Shown: positions 30,219 to 41,719 of the stretch, piece after piece | Numbering within the stretch: the first letter of the stretch is position 1 | How the letters are laid out: each line of letters starts with the position of its first letter | From: Paracoccaceae bacterium | GTDB lineage: Bacteria > Pseudomonadota > Alphaproteobacteria > Rhodobacterales > Rhodobacteraceae | Reading direction: 5' to 3' | Assembly: GCA_965200885.1 (NCBI GenBank) | Contig: OZ241737.1 | Location: 782,214 to 846,213, forward strand | DNA: 64,000 nt | The notes under the pieces: generated by a model | What the model was told of the DNA's origin: nothing | Seen by the model: only the letters and a program-made list of their open reading frames with translations | Databases searched by the model: none | Position numbers and translations under genes: made by a program

Positions 30219-30767
30219 TCAGTGAATTTGATCATTTGCAAATTGTACCAATACAATCGCATCTTCATAATCAAGATTTTCTGTGAGGCACCATTGTGGA
30301 ATGTCGTGCTTATCCGGGTTGTAATGTTCAAATCCAGCCTTCTGATATGATGCAACTGCACGCTTGTTGCGTGCCGAGGGTCTGATGATCATGATATCCG
30401 GCTTTTCCTCCCTCTTCAACTTACCAATGACAGTAATCAATGCTAAGGAACCGTATCCCTTGCTCCAATTATGTTTACTGGCAATCCACAAATCCAGTTC
30501 GGCAACCTGTTTTCTGATGAAATAGCTGATCGCACCAATTTCTTCCTGACCCACAACGATCAGAAACAGGCGGAAATCACCATGATCCATAAAGGCTTCA
30601 TCATTGTAGTCGTCACAAAACTCCTCATAAGTGGGCACCGGTGTATCAGGAAAAGTTGGCGGTCCAAGCATTTCGGCAGTAGCATCCGAGCAAGCCAGCC
30701 ATCTGAATATTTTGTCCCGATCATCTAAAGTAGCTTGCTTAAGCCTAAGGGGGGTGGGATTCGTCAT
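30219..30767 (-). CDS. GNAT family N-acetyltransferase
   Basis: Start placed at MTNPTPLRLKQATL. Acetyl-CoA-binding type segment KGYGSLAL, plus NKRAVASYQKAGF. Confidence 0.7.
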   Translation of the reverse strand: MTNPTPLRLKQATLDDRDKIFRWLACSDATAEMLGPPTFPDTPVPTYEEFCDDYNDEAFMDHGDFRLFLIVVGQEEIGAISYFIRKQVAELDLWIASKHNWSKGYGSLALITVIGKLKREEKPDIMIIRPSARNKRAVASYQKAGFEHYNPDKHDIPQWCLTENLDYEDAIVLVQFANDQIH

Positions 30768-31153
30768 CGGATTACCTCTCTGTAATGCCAAAAAGTTGTA
30801 GTTGTTTGGTATTTTACCCACAGACTTCTTTATAAAAATGCCTGATGTCAAGGATCAACTTTTCCATTACATCACATATTTGAAATGTTCATGAATCTGA
30901 TTCTATAAGACAGGGTAATTCGAAGAACAGCAACTGATGCTGATGTGGTCAAGTTTAGGGAATTATATACTTTTATTACGCAAGCAGAATTTCCTACACT
31001 ACCAAGTCAAGGAACTACCGTATCCACACATCTTTTTTCGGGTGGTTGCATGCCTGTTCCCCCATTTCCTGAAAAACATCCATATCCACGGCACCACCAC
31101 TTGGCAGGCACACAGGGTGAGGTGGCCCTGCACGGCCTTTTCCCTTTTTTTCC

Positions 31154-31182
31154 TTGACTTGCACGGATTCCCGTGCTATATG
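31154..31182 (+). promoter_or_regulatory. sigma70-like promoter with a palindromic spacer (possible operator)
   Basis: TTGACT, then a 17-nt spacer, then TATATG. The spacer contains the inverted repeat GCACGG-ATTC-CCGTGC. It lies about 50 nt upstream of an AAGGAGGAG RBS and the ATG at 31230. Confidence 0.5.
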
Positions 31183-31229
31183 ACCGTCATGGAAAGGCAT
31201 CCGCAAACATCAAGGAGGAGAACCGACTC

Positions 31230-31917
31230 ATGAAACGACTGTTGAATACCCCCCCCCACTTTTAATCTGATCGTCGCCCTGCTGGCCGTGGCGTTCGCCG
31301 GTCCAGCAGAAGCTCAGACCATCACCGCCCCGGGGCTGGTCGGCCAGCCCGCCTGCGCGGGACAGTCTGAAGTTGAGAATCCCGATCTTGGAACAGTTAC
31401 ATCGGTCTCAACGACTGGTGCAGTGCTCACAACTACAAGCTTTAACAACTTGTACAGCAATCTCCGTAGCCGGGTCGGGGATGGTGGACCAACGTCATTT
31501 CCGATGCGTTATGATATCTTGAACGCCAAGACGGGAGCATCAGTGTTTGGTGGGGTTTCGATCTCTTTGGGAGTTACCATAACTTCATCCAACCCGAATT
31601 TCTCATCCTCAAATCCCAATGCATCGTCACTCGCTCAGAAAACGCCCTATGTCTTTGTGGTTTATACTACGGCATCGGGCTTTGGCGCGGCGAGGCCCTT
31701 GCTGAGGCGCTGCTTCATGACGGGTGGCACCTACACCCCGTCGAACGAGAGAGGCCAGCCCGGCTACGTGGCCAACACCACAAGCGGCTGCTTCTCGATC
31801 AGCCCCCGGACCTTCCAGGACATTCGCAACTGCCTGTGCGGACGGTCGCGCATCTGGAATGATGATGACCAAAACACCGCCCAACGGAGGACCTTGGGCT
31901 GCGCCAACGCCAACTGA
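31230..31917 (+). CDS. secreted Cys-containing protein of unknown function, interrupted at a 9-C tract
   Basis: With 9 C (31249-31257) the frame from the strong RBS+ATG stops at 31263-31265. Removing one C gives MKRLLNTPPTFNLIVALLAVAFAGPAEA/QT.., a canonical signal peptide joined to the long ORF ending at 31917. Confidence 0.55.
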
Positions 31918-32296
31918 CGGGCCGGTTCCGGGCCATCCGGATGGAACGCGACCTGGCAGGAAATGTGTGAATCTGATAGGGTCCAGGAGTGCTGGTGTGG
32001 GTCAAGAGATCAAAGAGGAGTAAGTCCATCTTACGCTTGGGGACCATCGGAACCTCAGGCTATACCAATATTCCCGACAGCGCCCAACGCTGAGATGCGG
32101 CGGAGGTTGATAGACCAAAATGATCAATATGAAATAAAAGAGTCGACTTCGGTCGCCCTTTCTCTTATCAACACGGGAATATATAATTCCCCAAGTTTAG
32201 ATTACAGGATTAAAGTTATAAAAAAGAACCAAAATTATGCCATTGCATGCTTTATTTTCGAATCAAAACAAGTATATCTTGATGAGGAGGAAATAG

Positions 32297-34723
<2,427 letters not shown>

Positions 34724-34755
34724 TCGAGTATAGTTCTGGGCAAATTACGTAATAG

Positions 34756-35484
34756 TTATTTGGTCAAGACAAAGGCTACCATGGGTTGCTCCAATACCAG
34801 GTATCCTTGCTTTTTCAGAGCATGTAGTTGAAAGAGGTCTTTCATTTCCTCAATGACCATTTCGACTCTATTTGCCCTGTTGGGATCGACAGAAACCGCA
34901 TCATTCACAATGGCCTCGATACCATTGACCCTGATGGAAATCATATACTCGAAGGCGTCATCCAACCGCCCCAAATCTCCTTCAATAAAATCGTGCAATT
35001 CATGCAAGGCATTTCGGCAGACTTCTGTTTCATCTTCCAGGGGTTTGAAAACCTCGAAAAAACTGCCGAAATTCAAGGGTTCCATGATCAGAAGCGGGCA
35101 TCCGGTCTTGGTAACTTGCAGTGCCTTTAGCAATCCTTTTTGAACTTCCTGTTCAGGTATGTGATGCAGGGTGTTCAAAATAATGGTTCCATCAAAGCCA
35201 TTTTCACTGAAAACCATGTCACCAGCACCAGTATGGAAGAGTTCAGCCTGTGGGCATTTTCTACTTGCTTCAATCAATGATTGTTTGTTCACATCAATAC
35301 CGGTCGGTTTGGCCGATCTGTTTGCAAGTGCCTTCAGCAAACCACCCCGACCACAACCGATATCAAGAATTCTTTGATTCTCAAGAGGTGAAAATGTTTC
35401 TTCTATGACAGCTATGTTCCGATTGACATCAGTTCTTTTTCTGGTCATGGCAAGCACGGGGATTTCATTTTGATACACGGTCAT
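34756..35484 (-). CDS. class I SAM-dependent methyltransferase
   Basis: ILDIGCGRGG motif I. Start placed at MTVYQNE. Confidence 0.75.
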   Translation of the reverse strand: MTVYQNEIPVLAMTRKRTDVNRNIAVIEETFSPLENQRILDIGCGRGGLLKALANRSAKPTGIDVNKQSLIEASRKCPQAELFHTGAGDMVFSENGFDGTIILNTLHHIPEQEVQKGLLKALQVTKTGCPLLIMEPLNFGSFFEVFKPLEDETEVCRNALHELHDFIEGDLGRLDDAFEYMISIRVNGIEAIVNDAVSVDPNRANRVEMVIEEMKDLFQLHALKKQGYLVLEQPMVAFVLTK

Positions 35485-35587
35485 GCAAAAAAATCCTGTT
35501 TTTTCTTTTATAAATTTTATGGTGTATAATATCCACATGATTTACCGCGAGTAGATTTAATTTCGAGGAAAAGGAGCAATTTATCAA

Positions 35588-35749
35588 ATGGCAGAAATGG
35601 AATATCTTGAAGCGCTTAAACAAAAGCATAAAGAACTTTCCGAGAGAGTTGAGCAAGCTGAAAAATCACCCAGTCCTGATCACATCCAGATTGTCGAAAT
35701 GAAAAAGCAGAAACTTCATTTGAAGGAAAAAATTTTTGGAATGAGTTAA
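35588..35749 (+). CDS. YdcH/DUF465-like small protein
   Basis: 53 aa. The pattern LKQKHKELSERVEQAE..P..D...I.EMKKQKLHLKEKI is typical of DUF465. It is below the ORF-track length cutoff. Confidence 0.55.
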   Translation: MAEMEYLEALKQKHKELSERVEQAEKSPSPDHIQIVEMKKQKLHLKEKIFGMS

Positions 35750-35865
35750 CCAAAAACACCTTTTAAATCCTTATGACAGCTTGATAAAGGGAGGTCAGCC
35801 TAAGTTCGCTTGCAGGTTAGCAAGACTGATGGTGGATAGATGTTGTTTTCAATTGGGAATGAAAT

Positions 35866-37578
35866 TTGCAGCAACCGGAAGAAATCAAATACTGGGTTAA
35901 CGATAAACCTCCATTACCTGTAGCCATTTTAGCGGCCGTCCAGCAAATATCCCTCTTGGGCACGATTATGACACTGTCCCTGGTTTTGGGACGGACATTG
36001 GGGTTGGAAATTGACGAACAGATTCACCTTGTCGCCCTGACCATGGTTGCGGCCGGTATAGGTGTTATACTGCAGACCTTGAACAGAAACCAGGTCGGAA
36101 GCGGGCTTTTTGTGCCCATGCATACAACTTCAGCAGCTTTTCCAGCCATGGCCATAGCATCCCAGATGGGTGGTTTGGGACTTGCCTTTGGCATGTTAAG
36201 TGTTGTGGGTGTGGTCCAGCTTGTTGTAGGCAAGATCATCACTCGACTGAAGGAGGTAATTCCGGTTGAAATTGCAGGATTGGCAGTTTTTATAGTTGGT
36301 ATAGAGGTCGGTTTGTTGGGCCTCAGAAACATTCTGGGAATCGGTACGGAATTGGAGAATAACACACTCAATGCCGGAGTGGGGTTTTCCACTCTGGCCT
36401 TGATCATCGGTTTGACCATTTGGGGACCTTCCATCCTGAAAGCCTTTGCAGTCATTTCCGGACTTATTTTGGGTCAGATTCTGGCTATTTGGGTAGGATT
36501 GGTACCAACCGAAGACCTGATGGCTATCACCAACTCCGAATTATTCGAAATTCCTCCAATCGGGGAATTTGGCTGGAAAGTGGATTGGCGTCTTATTCCT
36601 GATTTTGCCATAGTTGGGATAGCCCTCTCCCTGAATTGTTTTGGCATAATGACTGTTGCCCAGAAATCCTATGATGCCTCATGGAAGCGACCGGATATAG
36701 AAGGTGTGAAGAGAGGATTGATGGCAGAGGGTTTGACCAACATTGCCACTTCCTTCATAAACGGGGTTTCGCAAACAAGTTCGGGCCCGGCAGTTGGTCT
36801 GGCCCTTACCTCTGGCATAGTCAGTAGAATTGTCGCATACATACTTGGTGGAATGTTTATTGTTCTGGCCTTTTTCCCGCCGGTAACCTACTTATGGAAC
36901 AGCCTGTCAACCACCGTGGTCGGAGCGATTCTGTTGTTTTTTGGAGGCATCATTACCATTACAGGCCTCAGAATTCTGATGTTGAGACTTTTGGATAACC
37001 GAAGAACCATCGCCATCGGACTCGCGATAATTGGGGGCGTGGGTTCGGGATTATTGGCAAGGATAGCCGATGAAGATGCCTTTTATTTTGCCCTATTTTC
37101 AACACCCCTGGCGTTATCCCTGAGCATTGCAATTGTTCTGAATGCCTTTTTCCTCATAAACAGCAGGCGAAAACTCACCTATGAAGTTTCCCTGGTTGAA
37201 AATTGGCACAAGCAATTGGACAAGATGGTCTGGGAATTGGGCAAGTCGTGGGGCGCTTCCCCTGAGACCGTCGCCCGTATCATTCATTCACTTAATGAAT
37301 TGGCAGATGTTGTCGAAGGTCACGAACTGATTTCACAGCAAGATAAGAGGATCTTTATATCGGCCAGGTTTTATCAATCCTTTTGTACGGTCAAGTTTTC
37401 CTATTCAGGAGAGGGTTTCAGAATTGTCAACAAGCCGCCGACCCCGGAACAAATGCTGGAAGACCCAGATTCCGTAACCGACTTGGCAGGATATCTTGTC
37501 AGGCAAATTGCCGATGGGATAAAAATCAACACCCTGCGGAATAATATCACTGTGATTGCATTGGAATATTACGACTAG
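35866..37578 (+). CDS. polytopic membrane permease (nucleobase/solute carrier-like) with a cytoplasmic C-terminal domain
   Basis: About 12 hydrophobic segments followed by a soluble tail of about 140 aa. TTG start. Family assignment is tentative. Confidence 0.55.
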   Translation: MQQPEEIKYWVNDKPPLPVAILAAVQQISLLGTIMTLSLVLGRTLGLEIDEQIHLVALTMVAAGIGVILQTLNRNQVGSGLFVPMHTTSAAFPAMAIASQMGGLGLAFGMLSVVGVVQLVVGKIITRLKEVIPVEIAGLAVFIVGIEVGLLGLRNILGIGTELENNTLNAGVGFSTLALIIGLTIWGPSILKAFAVISGLILGQILAIWVGLVPTEDLMAITNSELFEIPPIGEFGWKVDWRLIPDFAIVGIALSLNCFGIMTVAQKSYDASWKRPDIEGVKRGLMAEGLTNIATSFINGVSQTSSGPAVGLALTSGIVSRIVAYILGGMFIVLAFFPPVTYLWNSLSTTVVGAILLFFGGIITITGLRILMLRLLDNRRTIAIGLAIIGGVGSGLLARIADEDAFYFALFSTPLALSLSIAIVLNAFFLINSRRKLTYEVSLVENWHKQLDKMVWELGKSWGASPETVARIIHSLNELADVVEGHELISQQDKRIFISARFYQSFCTVKFSYSGEGFRIVNKPPTPEQMLEDPDSVTDLAGYLVRQIADGIKINTLRNNITVIALEYYD

Positions 37579-37745
37579 ACCAGAGCGCGTACCAATGAAC
37601 AGCAAGACAAGCTGGAACCCGACAGACCATTGAAAATCGAGCCGGGAGGTACATGCAGCAAATTCAAAGCTTGTATGACCCTCTTTAAAAATACGGGGTA
37701 TTTAAACTTTTAACTCAATTGATACTCACCTATCTTACTGTTAAT

Positions 37746-37970
37746 TCAGGTGCCATCATCTTTCAGGTTAAAATCACAATCTATCAGGATACTCCGGGCT
37801 TGTTCATATTTTTCATCAGCCACCATAATTCTGCGCGGGAGAATTCCAATTTGACCCTCCAAAACACTCATATGAGAATCCAAAATAAATACTTTGATTC
37901 CTTCGCCCTCAAGAATGGCAGAGGCAAAGGATAATTCTGTCGGATCATTGGTTCGGTATAATTCTTTCAT
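37746..37970 (-). CDS. DUF2007-like small signal-transduction-fold protein
   Basis: 74 aa. Pattern ..A.LE.EGI...I.D......EG......RIMV... Confidence 0.5.
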   Translation of the reverse strand: MKELYRTNDPTELSFASAILEGEGIKVFILDSHMSVLEGQIGILPRRIMVADEKYEQARSILIDCDFNLKDDGT

Positions 37971-38014
37971 TTGGCTTCCTTAAAATCCAATTGTTGTAGA
38001 CAAGGTAATAAAAA

Positions 38015-39022
38015 TTGTTGGATAAAACAAACACAACATCCCAAAGAGATGCCTTAATCGTACCAGAAATCCTGAGAGAAGATTTGACCAAGGTAGAAAC
38101 CATTATCAGGACAAGGTCGGATTCTGAACTCGTTGAAAGGATAAACCAGGTATTGTTACATATATTTGGTAGTGGTGGCAAAAGGTTTCGTCCCTTGCTT
38201 ACCCTTTCGGCTGCCAGATTATTGGAATATGAAGGTGAACATCATCTCAATCTGGCTGCAGCAGTGGAATTCGTACATACCGCCACGCTTGTACATGATG
38301 ATGTCGTGGATCAAAGCAAACAAAGGAGAGGAAAACCGGCAGCAAACTATCTGTGGGATGACAAAACCTCGGTTTTGGTTGGTGATTATCTGTTTGCCAG
38401 ATCGTTTCAACTTATGGTTTCAGCAGATTCACTTCGTTCCCTGGCTGTTTTGTCTGATGCTTCTGCCACAATTGCCGAAGCAGAGGTTCTGCAACTTGTA
38501 AACCAGAACAATTCGTCGATTTCTGTCGATACCTATCTCACGATTATCCAGGGTAAGACTGCAGCACTGTTTTCAGCAGCCACCGAAGTTGGTGGAATTG
38601 TTGGCAGGGGTACCAATCAACAGATTCGGGGATTGTCCGAATTCGGCAATTACCTTGGTATCGGATTTCAGATCATGGACGATCTTTTGGATTACGAGGG
38701 CCATTCCCCGGAATTGGGTAAAAATGTCGGTGATGATTTTAAGGAAGGAAAAGTAACTCTTCCTGTAATACGTGCCATTGAGCAGGCCGATAAAAAGGAA
38801 ATAGCTTTCTGGAAAAGGGTTTTCGAAGACAATAATATTGTGGCTGGTGACCTGGAACGGGCGCTGGCGATTTTGAAGACAAGAGGTATTATCGAAGAAG
38901 TGAGGTCAAAGGCCTTCGATTGGTCGGAAAAAGCCAAGAATTGCCTGGAAAAGCTGCCAAACAATGACATAGCAAATTTTCTAGGTGATCTGGCAGATAA
39001 TTCTGTTGCCCGTAAATCCTGA
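38015..39022 (+). CDS. ispB: polyprenyl (octaprenyl-type) diphosphate synthase
   Basis: Two Asp-rich motifs: LVHDDVVD and IMDDLLD. Confidence 0.85.
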   Translation: MLDKTNTTSQRDALIVPEILREDLTKVETIIRTRSDSELVERINQVLLHIFGSGGKRFRPLLTLSAARLLEYEGEHHLNLAAAVEFVHTATLVHDDVVDQSKQRRGKPAANYLWDDKTSVLVGDYLFARSFQLMVSADSLRSLAVLSDASATIAEAEVLQLVNQNNSSISVDTYLTIIQGKTAALFSAATEVGGIVGRGTNQQIRGLSEFGNYLGIGFQIMDDLLDYEGHSPELGKNVGDDFKEGKVTLPVIRAIEQADKKEIAFWKRVFEDNNIVAGDLERALAILKTRGIIEEVRSKAFDWSEKAKNCLEKLPNNDIANFLGDLADNSVARKS

Positions 39023-39892
39023 TCAGGCGGGAAGTATCCGAGTGGGTTGGACCCACCACCACGGTTTCAATTGTTTGATTGTCCGCGCTGCAACCGATAC
39101 CTGTTCAGCGGTTTGAAAAATACCGAAGCAGGTTCCACCTGAACCTGACATTCTTGCTACCAAACAACCATCCTGCTTCTTCAGACCTGATAGAATGTCC
39201 TTTATTTCAGGGCAAAGTTGCAAGGCGGGAGGTTCCAGATCATTTCTCTGTTCCCTCAACCAGGTGATGACATCAATCCTTTTTCCCATGGCCGGAAATG
39301 GTGTCTGGGAAGAATTGTTTACCTTGTCCAGCCGATTGTAGACATCCTGGGTCTGGACTGGCTTATTGGGGTTTACCAACAGCAAGGGGAACTCCGGGAA
39401 ACCGCCAAGAACAGCGATCTTTTCTCCCAATCCGCTTACCATTGAGGGCTTGCCGGTCAGACACACTGGAAGATCAGATCCAATTGAAGTTATTTTGCCG
39501 GTATCGTTAGGCAAAGGGCATGTCAGATAATTGGAGGCCAGCCGCAAGGCCAGGGCAGCATTCATGGATCCACCGCCAAGTCCGGCAGAAACAGGTATGG
39601 ATTTCTCCAGATTGATCCTGAAACCGGTACCCCTCTCTGGAAGTAAACGCAGAGCAGTCAGAATGATGTTTTCTGAAGGGTGTGGAAGGGCCTTGCTGTA
39701 AGGACCACGGGTTGAAAGTGAAAACCTTTCTGCAGGTTCCAGCTCCAGGGTGTCACCAAAATCGGTAAACACAACCAGGCTGTCGATTTCATGAAACCCG
39801 TTTGGTAGTTTGCCGGTTACATGCAGGGTAAGGTTTATTTTGGCATTAGCAACACCTGCAATTGCCCGATGGTCGCTATTCCTCCTCTTCAA
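39023..39892 (-). CDS. ispE: 4-(cytidine 5'-diphospho)-2-C-methyl-D-erythritol kinase
   Basis: GHMP kinase motif PVSAGLGGGS and N-terminal AKINLTLHV. Confidence 0.85.
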   Translation of the reverse strand: MKRRNSDHRAIAGVANAKINLTLHVTGKLPNGFHEIDSLVVFTDFGDTLELEPAERFSLSTRGPYSKALPHPSENIILTALRLLPERGTGFRINLEKSIPVSAGLGGGSMNAALALRLASNYLTCPLPNDTGKITSIGSDLPVCLTGKPSMVSGLGEKIAVLGGFPEFPLLLVNPNKPVQTQDVYNRLDKVNNSSQTPFPAMGKRIDVITWLREQRNDLEPPALQLCPEIKDILSGLKKQDGCLVARMSGSGGTCFGIFQTAEQVSVAARTIKQLKPWWWVQPTRILPA

Positions 39893-41603
39893 ATCTTTTT
39901 GTTCCTTCTTCTAAACCGTACATCAGTCTGAGTTCGATTTTTCTGCCAAGTTCACCTTCCGGATTAGTTTTCAGGGCACGTTCCCATTCCCGTATTGCCA
40001 ATCCTTCCTCACCCATGACCCAATAGACTTCAGCTATATGATCTATTACCTCGGCTTGGTTGGGGATAATACGGTCCGATCTCTGCAAATACTCCAAAGC
40101 TTCTTCCAGTTTTCCCTGACGATATAAAACCCAGCCCATTGAATCCAAATAGTACCCATTGTCGGGTTCGGTCTCCAGAGCCGCCCTGATCAGTTCCTCA
40201 GCTTCATCAAGTTTGATGTTGCGTTCAGCCAACGAATACCCCAGATTATTTTGAACCAAGGCATTGTCAGGGGATATTTCCAACGATTTTCTCCAATCAG
40301 TTTCGGCCTTTTCCCATATATCCATGAGATAATACAATTGCCCTCTCAGGAAATAGGCATCCCAATTCTCTCGGTTGGTTCCCTTTGATAATTCTATTCC
40401 CTGGCTGATACTGTCAACTGCCTCCTGCACTTCAGACCTGTTGGATCTTAGTTCACCCAGGAGGTAAAATAAATCAATTGAGTTCGGATGCAGTTCAAGA
40501 GCTTCCTGAACAATCATCAAACTTTTATTGGAATCACCCATTTCATAATGAATGTCTGATCGCAAACCTGTTGCTGCCTGATAATACGGATCATCTGGCG
40601 TAATGCCTTCGATCGGTAGTAGGGCCAATTCGAGGCTGTCCAGGGAAAGGAGAGTTCTGCTGACGGCAAAATCAAGGGTAATATCCTCTGGGTCAAGATA
40701 TCTGGCCAATCTGAACAATGCCAGCGAATCCCCGGAGGGTCCATTGTTGTTGGTTGTAATTCGGGCAACAGCGGACAAAAGTTTGGCCAAACCCTCCCTG
40801 GCGTTGATTTCAAAATCAATGCTGTTTCCGGAAGTCAGGTTTTTCTTGAGTTGCAGAAAGGGTGTTTTTCTTGGGTCGATTTCCGAAAATCTCAGCAAAT
40901 CATACGCTTCTCTTGCCTCTTCAAGCTTGCCTTGATTGAGCAAGATACCAACCATCAGGTAAAGAACCTCGTTTTGAAGGGCCGGAGGGTAATCCCTGAT
41001 TGACCCCAGAGTTTCGATGGCCATTTCCAGATTACCGTTTGAGGCATGAATCAGGCTATTTGAAAAGTCCACCAGGGAAACGCTCCCCTCGTCAAAACCT
41101 TCCCGGAAAATCTCCAATGAATCTTCGACCGAACCCTCGCCAAAAGCGGACCATCCAAGAAACAGTTCATTGAGGGGAAAATTCAAGGGCATTTCATCCA
41201 GAAAGGTCTTTATCGAGTCATATTCTTTTCGGACGAACAGGTCAGTAATTTTAACAATCCGTGCCAAAACAAAATCGTTGTCAATGGCAAGCAATCGATC
41301 AGCATGACCTATTGCCTGGTCTAGTTCCCCCGCTCCCATATATGTTTTCAAGGCCAACTCCAGGATTTCCGGAGTATCAAAAGCTTCATCGGGCAATTCT
41401 TCAAGGTATCCTCTGGCAATATCATAGCGATATTCTTCCACAGCATATTCAGCAGCCATAAAGGCTCCCAGAAAATCCTGGGCCTTGAGCGGGGTTCCTG
41501 CAAACAACAACAGGACCAATACTGATCGGACTAAATTAAAAAACCTGTACAACACCAAAATCATATTTCCCTTACCGACATCTTGACACAAGATGGATAG
41601 CAA
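39876..41603 (-). CDS. tetratricopeptide-repeat protein with an N-terminal signal/anchor
   Basis: Multiple TPR-like repeats (W..A...L..AL...P.N..). Overlaps the ispE start by 17 nt. Confidence 0.75.
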   Translation of the reverse strand: MLSILCQDVGKGNMILVLYRFFNLVRSVLVLLLFAGTPLKAQDFLGAFMAAEYAVEEYRYDIARGYLEELPDEAFDTPEILELALKTYMGAGELDQAIGHADRLLAIDNDFVLARIVKITDLFVRKEYDSIKTFLDEMPLNFPLNELFLGWSAFGEGSVEDSLEIFREGFDEGSVSLVDFSNSLIHASNGNLEMAIETLGSIRDYPPALQNEVLYLMVGILLNQGKLEEAREAYDLLRFSEIDPRKTPFLQLKKNLTSGNSIDFEINAREGLAKLLSAVARITTNNNGPSGDSLALFRLARYLDPEDITLDFAVSRTLLSLDSLELALLPIEGITPDDPYYQAATGLRSDIHYEMGDSNKSLMIVQEALELHPNSIDLFYLLGELRSNRSEVQEAVDSISQGIELSKGTNRENWDAYFLRGQLYYLMDIWEKAETDWRKSLEISPDNALVQNNLGYSLAERNIKLDEAEELIRAALETEPDNGYYLDSMGWVLYRQGKLEEALEYLQRSDRIIPNQAEVIDHIAEVYWVMGEEGLAIREWERALKTNPEGELGRKIELRLMYGLEEGTKRFEEEE

Positions 41604-41719
41604 CCCCTCACATAGATGGAAACAGGATTCTCATCAAAGAATCAAAAACCAATTGCTGAATTATATTCGTCCTCCCACACAATTGAATTCATTATATTGT
41701 GAACCTGAAAAAACCGAGA

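Larger units (their letters stand above)
30958..32191. mobile_element. TIR element D (1234 bp) carrying a promoter and a secreted-protein gene
   Basis: Ends GGGAATTATATAC and ATATATAATTCCC. Perfect 8-bp direct duplication CAAGTTTA at 30950-30957 and 32192-32199. The interior is visibly more GC-rich than the flanks. Confidence 0.7.
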
